Of a stretch of 64,000 nucleotides of DNA, positions 1-11,247 are shown one piece after another. The notes under the pieces were generated by a model. The model was given only the letters and a program-made list of their open reading frames with translations. It made no database searches and had not been told where the DNA came from. The DNA comes from an uncultured Chlamydiae bacterium (GTDB lineage Bacteria > Chlamydiota > Chlamydiia > Chlamydiales > JAJFMB01), in the NCBI GenBank assembly GCA_963696295.1, contig CAVOJR010000001.1, positions 960,001 through 1,024,000 on the forward strand. Reading direction: 5' to 3'. Each line of letters begins with the position of its first letter. Within the stretch, counting starts at the first letter, position 1. A program made the translations under genes and the position numbers.

Positions 1-124
1 TTGAAAAACCTGACAGCCTGACCCAACAAATGAACCAATTTCCGGAACAATTCACTCCCTGGTTCAAATTGGAGTGGGAACGTTTAAACCGAGAGTTTTC
101 TTCACATCTGAAAGCATACACAAT

Positions 125-1093
125 ATGAAAGACTATCAAACAGAAGCTTTACAAGGGGTTTCCAGAACTTTCGCGCTGACCATCCCGCAGCTCCCCCCGC
201 CGTTACGTTTGGTCGTGACCAATTTCTATTTATTATGCCGCATGGCCGATACGATTGAAGATGACATCAATCTCACTTTGGCGCAAAAAACAGCCTATCT
301 GGAGGCGTTCAAAGCAGTAGTCTGTGAAGGGAAGTCCTCAAAAAGCCTATCAGATGACTTATACCCAAGGCTTTCGCCCGCCACTTTGCCAAGCGAGCGG
401 GAATTAATAAAAAATAGCGAATTAATCCTTGCCTGCACGCGAAGCTTGAATCTGAAGCAAACCGCTGCGATAAAGAGGTGCATCACTTTGATGACAGAGA
501 ATATGCCGCGGCTCAACGCGCCTCGTTCCGGATTAAAAACCACCCGGGAAATGGGTGATTATTGTTATTTTGTCGCTGGTGTGGTAGGGGAAGCGTTAAC
601 CGAACTCTTTTGCGACTACTCCCCTAAGATGCGGGAAAATTATACCCAGCTGATGGAAAAAAGCAAATCCTTCGGGCAAGGGTTGCAGATGACGAATATC
701 CTCAAAGATCTTTGGGAGGATCTCGAGCGCGGCGTGTGCTGGCTGCCGCAGGATCAATTCCAATTTCCCTTGGGAGAGCTTTCCAAAAATAATCATCCCA
801 AGGCATTTCAGGAAGGCTTGCATCGTTTGATTTCGATAGCGCACCATCATTTGCATCAAGCCCTGGAATATGTTTTATTGATTCCTAAGGAAGAAGCGGG
901 CATGCGCCGTTTCTGTTTGTGGTCGATCGGCTTTGCCTTGCTGACGCTAAAAAAAATCTCTAAAAACCCCGGTTTTACGGATAGCTCCCAAGTGAAAATA
1001 TCGCGAAAATCGGTGCAAGTGTCGAAAACGATCCTGAGCCTGAGCTGCCGCTATGACAAGGCCTTACGCTGGTTGTTTCAGCAAGCTATTTAA
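125..1093 (+). CDS. Squalene/phytoene synthase family protein (squalene synthase-like)
   Basis: Motifs VSRTFALTI, CRMADTIEDD (first Asp-rich motif), YCYFVAGVVG and GLQMTNILKDLWED (second Asp-rich motif). ATG at 125 is preferred over GTG at 74. Confidence 0.85.
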   Translation: MKDYQTEALQGVSRTFALTIPQLPPPLRLVVTNFYLLCRMADTIEDDINLTLAQKTAYLEAFKAVVCEGKSSKSLSDDLYPRLSPATLPSERELIKNSELILACTRSLNLKQTAAIKRCITLMTENMPRLNAPRSGLKTTREMGDYCYFVAGVVGEALTELFCDYSPKMRENYTQLMEKSKSFGQGLQMTNILKDLWEDLERGVCWLPQDQFQFPLGELSKNNHPKAFQEGLHRLISIAHHHLHQALEYVLLIPKEEAGMRRFCLWSIGFALLTLKKISKNPGFTDSSQVKISRKSVQVSKTILSLSCRYDKALRWLFQQAI

Positions 1094-1139
1094 ACCTCCG
1101 TGGCCATCCTTCTGATAAATATGCCTCGAAGGATTTATT

Positions 1140-2126
1140 TCAATCGTCGAAGGCCGTTTTCAACCAAATGGCAAAAAGGGGATCGTCAAAAATAACCGTC
1201 CCTCTGCCTGTCTGCTCCTCATCCAATATCTGCTTCTCTTTGAGCGCATTGATGGCCGATGACAAAGCGGCTCCACTCGAAATCTCATAATTGCTCAGAT
1301 GCTCCTTAGCAAAAATTTGTTTCCCTTCTTTTGCGGCCAGTCTTAAAGTTCTTTGTTGGATTGGAGTTAGGGTGCTGAGCAGTGCCTGGTAGGCATATGC
1401 GTTTTGTTGGACGACAATTTTCAAGGCTTCATCGACCTCTTCGACAGTGATATTCTCTTTACCAAGAGCTACAAGATGAAAACAAACCATTTGTACATAA
1501 TTTGGGGTATCCTGAACTTTCTTTCTCAAATGTTCTATAGCTTCGTGGCTGCATTTTACTCCCACATTCTTAAATCTTTTAACAACCCAGTCTGTAAATT
1601 CTGATCCAAATGCAGGAAATTCCATGGATTGACAAAATCTATATAAAGGCCGTACGGGAATAAAAGAGGTATTTCTCAATTGTTGCATTTGGGTTCTTAA
1701 GGTTGCCTCTAACCATCCCCCATCGTCAATTTCAGAGACTTTTTGAAATTCATCAATGGCAAGTATTAAACCATCCCCCAATTTTCCCAATCCTGAAAGC
1801 ACATCTTGAATCATCTCCTTAATATCGGTTTCTGAGGAGCTATCCAATGTAAAATCAAACGATGGCTGGCCAGTATGTGCGTCTATTTGAGTAGAAATCT
1901 TTGGTCGAATTTTAAGTATAGTTGCGAACATTGGGCCTCTTAGTAATTGGTGGAGAAAGTCTTTATGAGAAGTAATATTGAATATATCCACAAAGATGTA
2001 AGAATGGGATTCTTTGCTCGGTTGATTGAGCAAATTTATCAAAAATGAGGTTTTCCCAAAACGGCGAGGTCCAATTAAAACCACATGAATTCTATTAGTA
2101 AGAAATTGGGAAACGAAATTTTCCAA
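1140..2126 (-). pseudogene. AAA+/archaeal-type ATPase with C-terminal wHTH-like region, probably internally deleted
   Basis: Walker A GPRRFGKTS and Walker B LAIDEFQ. The xSGS segment expected after 'SFI' appears missing (SFIPVRPLYR), and the N-terminus is short. Confidence 0.55.
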
Positions 2127-2173
2127 ATTCGGCCTGTTTCGCGCTTAGCCGCATGGGGTAATACGATCAAAAC

Positions 2174-2353
2174 ATTAAACGGTTGGACGTCAAAATCTTG
2201 CATCATCTGCTGACAAGCAGTTTGTAAACTCCGGCTAGATGCCCGCCAATAATTAACAAATTTGTTAGCTGACGGTGCTTGCCAATATTAAGCGGTTGGA
2301 CGTTAAAAGATTGCGTCAGATGCCGGCAATGAGTTTGTAAACTCCGGCTAGAT
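2174..2353. repeat. Two 67-bp imperfect direct repeats (2174-2240, 2287-2353) flanking a perfect 14-bp palindrome TAACAAATTTGTTA (2254-2267)
   Basis: Manual alignment gives 56/67 identity. The last 22 nt (AGTTTGTAAACTCCGGCTAGAT) are identical. Confidence 0.85.
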
Positions 2354-2926
2354 CAAACTGAAGAAATACTGGTGGATAGCGGGGTCGTTCGTCAGCTCGG
2401 GATGAAAGGCGGAGCAAAGATGCCTCCCCTGCTGCACTAAGACGGGTGCGTCGTTATAGGTAGCTAATACTGAGACACCTGCGCCGCACTGGTTGATCCT
2501 GGGAGCGCGGATAAAACTGCAGGGATAGAGTTTGGAGGATTTTTTGAGCTGGATCTTCAGCTTGGTCAAAAAGGAGTCGTACTGCCGCCCATAGGCGTTC
2601 CGCTCAACGGCAATATCCACGAGGCCTAAAGGGGTGATCGTGCGGCCCGCCTCTTCGCGCGCCATCAAAATCATGCCGGCGCAGGTGCCAAACACGGGCT
2701 TCTTTGCGGCAAATTCGAGCAGGGCTTCCCGAAAGTGAAAGGTCTCCATCTGCCGCTGCATTGTCGTCGATTCTCCGCCTGGAAGGATCAGGGCGTCCAA
2801 TTGTCCAAGCTGAGCGGGAAAGCGGACGGCAGTCCCTCTGGCTCCCAAGGATGAAATCATCTCAAGATGCTTAGCAAATGCGCCTTGCAAAGCCAAAACG
2901 CCGATGTGTAAAGTTTTACTTACCAT
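2348..2926 (-). CDS. pdxT: PLP synthase glutaminase subunit
   Basis: [21 protein letters not shown] and FHPELT motifs; overlaps the pdxS stop. Confidence 0.95.
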   Translation of the reverse strand: MVSKTLHIGVLALQGAFAKHLEMISSLGARGTAVRFPAQLGQLDALILPGGESTTMQRQMETFHFREALLEFAAKKPVFGTCAGMILMAREEAGRTITPLGLVDIAVERNAYGRQYDSFLTKLKIQLKKSSKLYPCSFIRAPRINQCGAGVSVLATYNDAPVLVQQGRHLCSAFHPELTNDPAIHQYFFSLI

Positions 2927-3819
2927 CCCCGCTGAGCCATTTGTTCTTCATCTTTCATCTGTAGGGTGTCAATCCCTTTCATGGCGTCCAGAAGGCCCAT
3001 GGAAAGTTTCGAGAGAACTTCAGGATCCTCAAAATAGGTCACGGCGCCCACGATCGCCTTCGCTCTTTTAGGGGCGTCTTTAGCAGTGAAAATGCCCGAT
3101 CCGACAAAGACGCTCTCGGCGCCAAGCTGCATCATCAGAGCAGCGTCGGCCGGAGTGGCTATGCCGCCGGCAGCGAAGTTAGGCACGGGGAGCTTCCCTT
3201 CTTTGGCGACCATTTGCACCAAATGAAAGGGGGCTTCCATTCTCTTGGCTTCGGCCATCAGTTCGGAAGCTTCCATATTGACCAGGCGCCTGATCTCGCG
3301 CATGATCGTACGCATATGACGCACGGCCTCTACGATATTTCCCGTCCCCGCTTCCCCTTTAGTCCGGATCAGGGCGGCCCCTTCACCAATACGCCTTAAA
3401 GCCTCGCCCAAATCGCGGCAGCCGCACACAAAAGGAATTTTGAACGCGTGTTTGTCGATATGATTCTCCTCGTCAGCCGGCGTCAGGACTTCGCTTTCAT
3501 CGATAAAGTCGACAAAGAGCGCTTCTAAAATTTGCGCCTCGACAAAGTGGCCGATGCGGCATTTCGCCATAACGGGAATGGAAACGGCTTCCTGAATTTT
3601 TTGTATGAGTTCGGGAGAAGACATCCTGGCGACGCCCCCTTCAGCGCGAATTTCAGAAGGAATCCGCTCCAGCGCCATCACAGCTACAGCTCCAGCCTCT
3701 TCGGCAATCTTAGCCTGTTCGGGATTGGTCACATCCATGATAACCCCCCCTTTTAGCATCTCTGCCAAGCCTACTTTAACATCGTAGGATGCTTTATCGG
3801 TATGTAACTCCTTCGCCAT
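2920..3819 (-). CDS. pdxS: PLP synthase lyase subunit
   Basis: [31 protein letters not shown] and [18 protein letters not shown] motifs. Confidence 0.97.
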   Translation of the reverse strand: MAKELHTDKASYDVKVGLAEMLKGGVIMDVTNPEQAKIAEEAGAVAVMALERIPSEIRAEGGVARMSSPELIQKIQEAVSIPVMAKCRIGHFVEAQILEALFVDFIDESEVLTPADEENHIDKHAFKIPFVCGCRDLGEALRRIGEGAALIRTKGEAGTGNIVEAVRHMRTIMREIRRLVNMEASELMAEAKRMEAPFHLVQMVAKEGKLPVPNFAAGGIATPADAALMMQLGAESVFVGSGIFTAKDAPKRAKAIVGAVTYFEDPEVLSKLSMGLLDAMKGIDTLQMKDEEQMAQRGW

Positions 3820-3832
3820 AACTCTCCCTAGC

Positions 3833-4582
3833 TTACAGATTTTGAAAGGGATTAGCGACTTGCGAAAATTGATTCCCTTTTTTTCGTCTGTTTATTTCTG
3901 TTCTTATCGTAAACAACAAATCTTGGTCAAAGTCTTTGTTTGCCGCCCAATGCAAATAATCTATTGGCACTTCACGGATCGGTCTGCCTTTGTGTTTGCC
4001 AAAGGGAATTTCTTTTAACATAATGGGTTTGGAAAGAACTTTGAAGATCTGTTCGGTAGTGGTAAATTTCTGGGACAAAAACTTAAAAACTTCAATGTTC
4101 ATGATCACATCGGTCATAGCCCGGTGCGCCCCGTCAAAAGGGATATTGAAATGTTTACAGAGCTGCTCAAGAGAGTTTTGAGGGCTTTCTCCGTATAATC
4201 GCGCCAGGCGCAGGGTATCGAAATAGCGGTTGCTGCGAATTTTGCTGGGAATGCCGGCTCTGTCTGCCGCCGAGGCGATCAGTTCCATGTCAAAGAGCAC
4301 TCCATGCCCGACAATGATATGATTCCCCACCATCTTCAATATTTCACTCAGAACCGTATCGATCGTCGGCATATTCTTGACCATTTCATCTGTAATGTTA
4401 TGAATCGCCATCGATTCGGCAGGAATGAGAATACCCGGATTGATGAGAAATTCACACTTCTCATAGGTTTTCTGAAAATCAAACTTAACGACAGCGACCT
4501 CTATGATCCGGTCCGCCTTGGGGTCTAATCCGGTCGATTCACAGTCAATGCAAATAAATACTTCTTTTTCCAGACTAGGCAT
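3833..4582 (-). CDS. dnaQ: DEDDh 3'-5' exonuclease (DNA polymerase III epsilon-like) with C-terminal PFGKHKG domain
   Basis: [15 protein letters not shown] and AHRAMTD motifs; chlamydial synteny with tsaE. Confidence 0.85.
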   Translation of the reverse strand: MPSLEKEVFICIDCESTGLDPKADRIIEVAVVKFDFQKTYEKCEFLINPGILIPAESMAIHNITDEMVKNMPTIDTVLSEILKMVGNHIIVGHGVLFDMELIASAADRAGIPSKIRSNRYFDTLRLARLYGESPQNSLEQLCKHFNIPFDGAHRAMTDVIMNIEVFKFLSQKFTTTEQIFKVLSKPIMLKEIPFGKHKGRPIREVPIDYLHWAANKDFDQDLLFTIRTEINRRKKGNQFSQVANPFQNL

Positions 4583-5165
4583 AATCGAAAATCTTCTTCA
4601 GTAATTGGTCTTTGCCAATGTTAGTTTTAATAGAATAGTACACATAATGTAAGTTATCAACATTAAATGCTTTAAGAATCTTCTGGGTATTGCTCTTTTT
4701 TTCCCCTTCCTTAACCTTGTCGACCTTCGTCACCACCAAGATTAAAGGGATCCGATTGTGAATGGCCCAATTAATCATCTGCATGTCATCTTCGTTGGGA
4801 ATCCGGCGAATGTCTAATAAAAGGAGCATGAGCTTCAACTGCGCCCGATTTTGAAGGTACGACTCCATCATCGGACCCCATTGCTTCCGCACTTCCTGGG
4901 GAACTTTGGCATACCCATACCCCGGCAGATCGACAAACACCACTTCATCGTTCACAGAAAAGAAATTAATCATCTGCGTTTTTCCGGGAGTCGATGAGGT
5001 CTTAACCAAATCCTTGACGCCAAACAGGTGATTGAGCAGGCTAGACTTTCCGACATTAGACCGCCCGGCTACGGCAATTTCAGGCAGCAAATGCCCTTGA
5101 ACCGACTTGATCTCGGGAAAATCCTTTACGGCAGATTTAACAAACTTGGCATTTTTGAGTTTCAT
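4575..5165 (-). CDS. engB: Ribosome biogenesis GTPase YihA/YsxC
   Basis: GRSNVGKSS, DLPGYGYAKV and TKVD motifs. Confidence 0.95.
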   Translation of the reverse strand: MKLKNAKFVKSAVKDFPEIKSVQGHLLPEIAVAGRSNVGKSSLLNHLFGVKDLVKTSSTPGKTQMINFFSVNDEVVFVDLPGYGYAKVPQEVRKQWGPMMESYLQNRAQLKLMLLLLDIRRIPNEDDMQMINWAIHNRIPLILVVTKVDKVKEGEKKSNTQKILKAFNVDNLHYVYYSIKTNIGKDQLLKKIFDYA

Positions 5166-5574
5166 AAATTTTTATCTTTCTTGACGACACATCAAGCGGC
5201 ACAAATTCAATGTGCATACAATGCTTCGGCAAATATTTTTCAATGCGCTCCGACCACTCGATACAGCAAATCCCATTGGAAAACAGGTATTCATCAAATC
5301 CCATGTGGAGAAAGTCATCCGGATCGTTTAAGCGGTAGAGATCGAAATGGTAGACCGGTCTTAGCCCATCGTAAATGTTGAGGAAGATAAAAGTCGGGCT
5401 GTTAACTTCATCTTCCCGGTAATCCCCAAATCCCTTAGCGACCCCTTTCACAAAAGTCGTTTTACCTGCTGCCAAATCCCCCTTCAGGCATAGGATCGCC
5501 CCGGGCTTTAACCCCTTTCCTATCTTAACACCTAAGGCGATTGTCTCGTCCCGAGAAGAGGAAAGGTATTCCAT
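5137..5574 (-). CDS. tsaE: t6A biosynthesis ATPase
   Basis: GDLAAGKTT, SPTF, HFDLYRL and IEW motifs. Confidence 0.95.
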   Translation of the reverse strand: MEYLSSSRDETIALGVKIGKGLKPGAILCLKGDLAAGKTTFVKGVAKGFGDYREDEVNSPTFIFLNIYDGLRPVYHFDLYRLNDPDDFLHMGFDEYLFSNGICCIEWSERIEKYLPKHCMHIEFVPLDVSSRKIKIYETQKCQVC

Positions 5575-5577
5575 AAA

Positions 5578-6303
5578 TTAAGAAAGCCACCGCTCTATTT
5601 GGGAGGAAAATTCGGGACTTTCCGCTAAGGCTTCCACAAAAGAGCTCACTTTGTCCTCGACAAGCTGACTTTGGATAAAAGTTAAAAATTTCTCCTCAAT
5701 TTGGAAGCGGTTTTGATTCTGCACTTCCACTAAGGTGAGGGATCGCAAATAATTTTTCCTAAAATCATTAACCACAGCGTCTTTGCTATTAAAAAGCTTG
5801 CCGCTCAGCGCCGAGGAATAAACCACTTTTGTGATCGGTTTTTTTGCTGGAACCGCCTTTTGGATATAGTTTTCTATCACGGCGGGATCTTCGGACACGA
5901 AAAACCGCTTCACGCGCAAACCCCCTACGCGCTCGGTATTTTCGGGGCACTTGGAGACCCAGTCGTAAATCGCGTCTTGAGGATTGGGATGGGTATTATC
6001 TCCGAAAACCTTGCCGGTAAAGGGGCATATATAAATCTTTTTTGTCTGTTCGTTGACGCTTTGCTTGCCAAAACCGATTTTGATCTCAGTCTCGCTCCAG
6101 AGCTTACCCTCTTTCTCAACGGCGCGGACGGCATCCTCTGCGCTTTGATAAATCAATTTTTCTTTTGGATATAAGACTGGTTGAAGATTAAACTTTTTTT
6201 GGATAAAGAAAAGATAGGTATTAACAAGTTCGGCATCGGGATTTTCGCTAAGAAATTGTTGGATCGCTTTCTTAACTCCTTCAGAAATAACAATTGTTGC
6301 CAT
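5578..6303 (-). CDS. Chlamydiae-conserved protein (DUF2709-like)
   Basis: KIYICPFTGKVFGDN and DAIYDWVSKCPEN resemble the chlamydial DUF2709 family; position next to tsaE matches Chlamydia. Confidence 0.75.
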   Translation of the reverse strand: MATIVISEGVKKAIQQFLSENPDAELVNTYLFFIQKKFNLQPVLYPKEKLIYQSAEDAVRAVEKEGKLWSETEIKIGFGKQSVNEQTKKIYICPFTGKVFGDNTHPNPQDAIYDWVSKCPENTERVGGLRVKRFFVSEDPAVIENYIQKAVPAKKPITKVVYSSALSGKLFNSKDAVVNDFRKNYLRSLTLVEVQNQNRFQIEEKFLTFIQSQLVEDKVSSFVEALAESPEFSSQIERWLS

Positions 6304-6377
6304 AAGATCCTCGTTTTGAATATAACTGGGTGTAAGCCTAACTTGTTAGGCATTAATAATCAAGAGTTTTTTTACTT

Positions 6378-7454
6378 ATGCTCTCTATAAAATCGATTCC
6401 TGTGCCAGGCTATGAAAAAGTGATCAGCGTCACGGATCCTCAAATCCCCTTAACCGGATTCATCGCCCTGCACAACTGCTCGCTCGGCCCGGCTCTTGGA
6501 GGCCTGAGGATTTACCCGTATAAATCTGAGGATGATGCCCTTACAGACGCCTTACGCCTCGCAAAAGCCATGACGTACAAATCCGCTCTTTGCGAAACGG
6601 GGCTCGGAGGCGGCAAAAGCGTCATCATCGCCGACCCGAAAGCATCCGTCAAAGAGCTGCTTCTCGCCTTCGCCGAAGGGATCAACTTCTTGGACGGAAG
6701 CTATATCGCGGCGGAAGACATCGGCACCAGCGTCGAAGACATGCTCATCCTCAAAACAAAAACCCCCTATGTCGCCGCTCTCCCCTCGCGGAGCAGCAGC
6801 GGCGACCCCAGCCGTTTTACCGCCTGGGGCATTTTCCACGGCCTCTCGGCTGTAGCCGAAACTCTATGGAAAACCGGCTCTATCAGAGGGAAAACCGTTG
6901 CCATCCAAGGGCTTGGCCATGTCGGAAGCAAACTCGCCGACCTGCTCTTTTGGGAGGAGGCAAACCTCATCCTCACCGATTCCGATCAGCAAAGAACCAA
7001 AGATTTGGCCGCCCTCTACGGAGCGATAGCCATGGAGCCGGATGATATTTACGCGGCGGAAGCCGACATCTTCGCCCCTTGCGCCATCGGAGGGGTCATC
7101 AACCCCGGAACTATCTCCAGGATGAAATGCCGGGCTGTAGCCGGATCGGCTAACAACCAGCTGCTGCGGGATGAAGACGGCATCCTGCTCCAGGAAAAAA
7201 ATATCCTCTACGCCCCAGATTATGTGATCAATTCGGGCGGACTGATCAATGCCGCCGCGGAATTCGAACCCGGCGGCTACCATCCTAAAACCAGCAGGGA
7301 GCGGGTCAAACACATTTATGACACCCTTGTGCTGATCTTCAAATTATCCAAAGAGCAGAACAAGCCGACCAGCCAGGTCGCTGACGAACTGGCGGAATAC
7401 AAGTTAAGCCACGGCATCGGGCGCCGCCGCACTCCCATCTGCTTTACAAAATAG
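6378..7454 (+). CDS. ldh: Glu/Leu/Phe/Val dehydrogenase (leucine dehydrogenase)
   Basis: GPALGGLR, MTYKSA, GGGKSVI, QGLGHVG, GSANNQL and YAPDYVINSGG motifs. Confidence 0.9.
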   Translation: MLSIKSIPVPGYEKVISVTDPQIPLTGFIALHNCSLGPALGGLRIYPYKSEDDALTDALRLAKAMTYKSALCETGLGGGKSVIIADPKASVKELLLAFAEGINFLDGSYIAAEDIGTSVEDMLILKTKTPYVAALPSRSSSGDPSRFTAWGIFHGLSAVAETLWKTGSIRGKTVAIQGLGHVGSKLADLLFWEEANLILTDSDQQRTKDLAALYGAIAMEPDDIYAAEADIFAPCAIGGVINPGTISRMKCRAVAGSANNQLLRDEDGILLQEKNILYAPDYVINSGGLINAAAEFEPGGYHPKTSRERVKHIYDTLVLIFKLSKEQNKPTSQVADELAEYKLSHGIGRRRTPICFTK

Positions 7455-7499
7455 CCGCTCCTTTGCTACACTTATCTTCATTCAACTAGGAGCAGACCC

Positions 7500-8108
7500 A
7501 TGAATAAATCCCATTTCACTTGGTTTCTAAGCAGCAAACTCGCCAGTTTTTTAAAAATGAGTTTTATCGTGGGGTCTCACACGGCTTTCTTTTCCGCAGT
7601 CAATATCGCAAATCCTTTGATCGGGGCTTTCAACACACGCAAGCAAACCATGCTGATTTTCTGCGCGCTGTTCCTGAGCAGATTCCTCTTTTGCGGAACG
7701 ATCGACCTCCACTTTTTGGCTTTCATAGTTCCCGGCCTGTTCGCCGCCCTCTACTGGAATGTGCAGGGTCCCGCCATCCGTTTGCTGGCGCCGCTGCTCT
7801 GCTTCGCTCTGTTTCTCGCGCATCCGACGGGACTTGCAGCCGCTCCCTACGCCGCTTTTTGGCTGATCCCGATCGCCCTCTATTTCAAAAAGGACAAGCC
7901 GCTATTTTTTCATGCGCTTAGCAGCACGCTGATCGCCCATGCGGTCGGTTCCGTTATCTGGCTTTACACCGTTCCGATGAGTTCCACAGCGTGGCTCGCC
8001 CTGATACCGATCGTCTGCCTCGAGCGGTTCACTTTTGCCTCAGGCATCGCCCTGGCGCACAGCTTCCTCTCTCAAAAAGTTCCAAACCTCGTTAAGCAGT
8101 ATTCATGA
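7500..8108 (+). CDS. Uncharacterised multi-pass membrane protein
   Basis: About six hydrophobic segments; stop overlaps the argS start. Confidence 0.7.
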   Translation: MNKSHFTWFLSSKLASFLKMSFIVGSHTAFFSAVNIANPLIGAFNTRKQTMLIFCALFLSRFLFCGTIDLHFLAFIVPGLFAALYWNVQGPAIRLLAPLLCFALFLAHPTGLAAAPYAAFWLIPIALYFKKDKPLFFHALSSTLIAHAVGSVIWLYTVPMSSTAWLALIPIVCLERFTFASGIALAHSFLSQKVPNLVKQYS

Positions 8109-9838
8109 AAACGCCGCTTGCCCTTTTACAAGAAAAGTTCCAAAAAGCAGCCAAAGCCGCCTATCCGCAACTGACTGACGTGCCGATGGAAATCACGGAG
8201 AGCACGCAAGAAAAGTTTGGCCATTACCAATGCAATTCAGCGATGAAGCTGACCAAAGAGCTCGGACAAAATCCCCGAAAAATCGCCGAAGAAATTGTCG
8301 CCCGCTTTGATAAAGAGAATGTGATCTCCCTGCTGGAGGTGGCGGGCCCCGGGTTTATTAATATCGCCTTCCATCCGGACTATATCAGCCGTTTTGTCAC
8401 TTCCATCGCCTCCGATCCCCACCTGGCCATCGACTTTCCGGTCAAAAAAGAAAAAGTGATCGTCGAATTATCCTCCCCCAACACCGCCAAAGAGCTGCAC
8501 GTAGGGCACCTGCGCTCCACCATCATCGGCGACAGCCTGGCGCGCCTGTTTGAATTTTTAGGCCATGATGTCTTGCGGCTCAATCACGTGGGCGACTGGG
8601 GCACCTCCTTCGGCATGCTGATCGCCTATATGAAAAAATGCGCTCCCGAAGTTTTGAAAGGGGAACAATCCACCGACCTCTCCCACCTCGTCGCCTGGTA
8701 TAAGCAGTCCAAGAAGCAGTTCGACGAAGATCCCGCCTTTAAAAAAGCCTCCCAGTTAGAAGTCGTGGCCCTGCAAGGGGGCAATCCCGAATCGCTGAAG
8801 GCTTGGCATGTGATCTGCGAAATTTCCCGCAAAGCCTATCAGGAGATCTACGACCTGCTGGACGTCCACCTGCAGGAAAGAGGCGAGTCGTACTACAACC
8901 CCATGCTCGGCCCCGTTGTCGAAGAGCTGAAGCAAAAAGGGCTTGTCCAAATATCCGACGGCGCCACGTGCCTCTTCGTGGAAGGGTTTCAAAGCCGGGA
9001 AGGGACAAACCTGCCCCTCATGCTGCAAAAATCGGACGGCGGCTACACCTACGACACGACCGACATGGCCGCCATAAAACAACGTATTGAGGTGGAAAAG
9101 GCCGATCGGATCATTTATGTGGTCGATGTGGGTCAGAGCACCCATTTCCAGATGGTTTTCAAAGCTGCTGAAATGGCCGGCTGGCTCGACCCGAAAAAAG
9201 TCAAAGCATCGCACGTGCCCTTCGGCCTGGTCCTCGGTCCTGACGGCAAGAAATTCCGCACCCGTTCGGGCGACACGGAAAAGCTGATCGATCTCCTCAA
9301 CGCCGCCGTCGAGCACGCCGACGCCCTGCTGCAAGAGCGCTCCCCCGAGATGGACGCCGCCGAAAGAAAGAAGCTCGCGCATGCCTTAGGGATAAGCGCG
9401 ATCAAATATTCCGACCTCTCATGCCACCGCCTGAGCGACTACTCTTTCAGTTATGAGCGTATGCTTAAATTTGAGGGGAATACCGCCGCCTTTTTGATGT
9501 ACGCCTACGTGCGCGTGGCAGGGATCAAGCGCAAAATCAACGCCGATATTCAGAAGATTCAAGAGCCGATAAAGCTTCAGCATCCCTCAGAGATCGCCTT
9601 AGGGCTCCATCTGATCCGTTTCGAGGAGGCCCTGCAGCAGGTCGTGCGGGATCTCGCACCGAACCGCCTGACCGAATATCTCTACAACCTCGCCGAGAAA
9701 TTCAACGCCTTTTACCGCGACTGCAAAGTGGAAGGGGTACCGGAGCAAAACTCCCGCCTGCTTCTTTGCGAGGCGGTGGCCCATACAATGAAGCAGGGGC
9801 TCCACATACTCGGCGTCGAGACCGTCGAGAGGATGTAG
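8105..9838 (+). CDS. argS: Arginine--tRNA ligase
   Basis: SSPNTAKELHVGHLRSTIIGD (HIGH-like), NHVGDWG, KFRTRSG and C-terminal ERM. Confidence 0.97.
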   Translation: MKTPLALLQEKFQKAAKAAYPQLTDVPMEITESTQEKFGHYQCNSAMKLTKELGQNPRKIAEEIVARFDKENVISLLEVAGPGFINIAFHPDYISRFVTSIASDPHLAIDFPVKKEKVIVELSSPNTAKELHVGHLRSTIIGDSLARLFEFLGHDVLRLNHVGDWGTSFGMLIAYMKKCAPEVLKGEQSTDLSHLVAWYKQSKKQFDEDPAFKKASQLEVVALQGGNPESLKAWHVICEISRKAYQEIYDLLDVHLQERGESYYNPMLGPVVEELKQKGLVQISDGATCLFVEGFQSREGTNLPLMLQKSDGGYTYDTTDMAAIKQRIEVEKADRIIYVVDVGQSTHFQMVFKAAEMAGWLDPKKVKASHVPFGLVLGPDGKKFRTRSGDTEKLIDLLNAAVEHADALLQERSPEMDAAERKKLAHALGISAIKYSDLSCHRLSDYSFSYERMLKFEGNTAAFLMYAYVRVAGIKRKINADIQKIQEPIKLQHPSEIALGLHLIRFEEALQQVVRDLAPNRLTEYLYNLAEKFNAFYRDCKVEGVPEQNSRLLLCEAVAHTMKQGLHILGVETVERM

Positions 9839-9937
9839 CAACTGATTTCAGTTGCTATAAAGGATTTCCTTAAACTGATCTTAAGAATTGGCGAGAGGGA
9901 CTCAAATGGAAAAATTTACCCCATTACCATCCAATAT

Positions 9938-10804
9938 CTAATCTAATGTCCAGGCTACGATGCGGCTTGTTTTTTGCCCTTGACCCATCTCGATTGTTCT
10001 AACCTCTGAAGGCTTTACCCTGTCTAATGCCTTATAAATAATTGGCAGGGTGCTCGCCTTTGAGACTAGAGTGGTGAACCATTTGCAGTCAACTTCAGGG
10101 CTCTCTTCAATCATCCGCGTGATAAAGGCTGCTTCACCGCCCGGGCACCAAAGCTCGTGGCTTTGCCCTCCAAAATTTAAAGAGCTTGTTTTTACTTTTA
10201 AATTTTTCCATTTTCGCCTCGTACCGGCCTCTGCTTCGCGCGGGGAAGAGTGAAAAGGAGGATTACATAGGGAAATATCGAAAGATTCCTTGATCACCCC
10301 TTTGAAGATATGTTGAGGGAATTTTTGTAAGCGAATTTCGATGACTTCCGTAAGTCCATTTTGTTTGATTATTTTGTCGGCATTTGAAATGGCCGCCGGA
10401 TCGATTTCAGTCCCCACGAAACGCCATCCATACTCCCGGTGACCAATCAGGGGATAGATGCAATTGGCCCCAACGCCTATATCTAAAACATTTTTCCCTC
10501 CCTCAAGAGGCAGCAAGTCGGCCACGTAATGAATGTAATCGGCGCGGCCGGGAATGGGAGGACACAAAAAGTTGTCCGGAATATCCCAAATAATATCGTA
10601 AAAGGATTTAAGAATCGCCTTATTGAGAGCTTTGACAGCCGCCGGATTCGCAAAGTCAATCGATTCATTGCCATAAATATTGGGGGCGACAAATTTGGCT
10701 AATTCGGGACAACCAATTATTAATTTTTTGAAGTCATAAAGATCTCTATGGGGATTTCTTGGATGCAACTTATTTTTAGTCATTTTTAGCGGCGATCCGC
10801 GCAA
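9938..10804 (-). CDS. rlmF: 23S rRNA m6A1618 methyltransferase
   Basis: [36 protein letters not shown] and MGQGQKTSR motifs. Confidence 0.93.
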   Translation of the reverse strand: MRGSPLKMTKNKLHPRNPHRDLYDFKKLIIGCPELAKFVAPNIYGNESIDFANPAAVKALNKAILKSFYDIIWDIPDNFLCPPIPGRADYIHYVADLLPLEGGKNVLDIGVGANCIYPLIGHREYGWRFVGTEIDPAAISNADKIIKQNGLTEVIEIRLQKFPQHIFKGVIKESFDISLCNPPFHSSPREAEAGTRRKWKNLKVKTSSLNFGGQSHELWCPGGEAAFITRMIEESPEVDCKWFTTLVSKASTLPIIYKALDRVKPSEVRTIEMGQGQKTSRIVAWTLD

Positions 10805-10988
10805 AATCCCGAATTTCCGCTGAAATCCTTTGCATTTCCAAAACTATTTCATCAGTTGGAGCTAAGCGTTTGCATAATTTTCGCAGCCTGGTGCTCATTC
10901 TATACAAACTCTGCTTAGCAGAAGAGTATTCTTGCAATTTCTGATTCAGGCTGGCAATTTTCTGCTGCAATTCCGCAATTTCATCCAT
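10776..10988 (-). CDS. Small coiled-coil hypothetical protein
   Basis: 70-aa ORF with heptad-like pattern, co-oriented with rlmF. Confidence 0.45.
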   Translation of the reverse strand: MDEIAELQQKIASLNQKLQEYSSAKQSLYRMSTRLRKLCKRLAPTDEIVLEMQRISAEIRDFARIAAKND

Positions 10989-11057
10989 GACTTGATCCTT
11001 TTTAGTTAATAAATTTTACCTTTTTAATGACTAAAAGTCACGGAAGTTCTGGAGAGA

Positions 11058-11195
11058 TGTAAGCCCAACATGATAATGTCACCTATATGACAATGTTGAA
11101 ATGTCACCTGATAACAAATATTTAGTTTCTGTTATCCTAATTGGTAAAATATTCATATTAAAGGATTTACCAATGAGGACAATAATGTAACGAGA
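11058..11195 (+). mobile_element. IS481/ISNCY-like element end remnant
   Basis: Begins TGTAAG and has two AATGTCACCT repeats (about 11075 and 11100), followed by an RBS-like sequence and an ATG that aborts quickly. This resembles TGT-terminal IS ends. Confidence 0.45.
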
Positions 11196-11247
11196 ATTTT
11201 CCTTTATGTCACAGCTGTTACAGACGTCACATAAGAAAAAGAGAAGG

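Noticed and set aside
9885..9910. TGGCGAGAGGGACTC as a tRNA 3' att remnant
   Set aside because: Too short and degenerate, with no T-arm.
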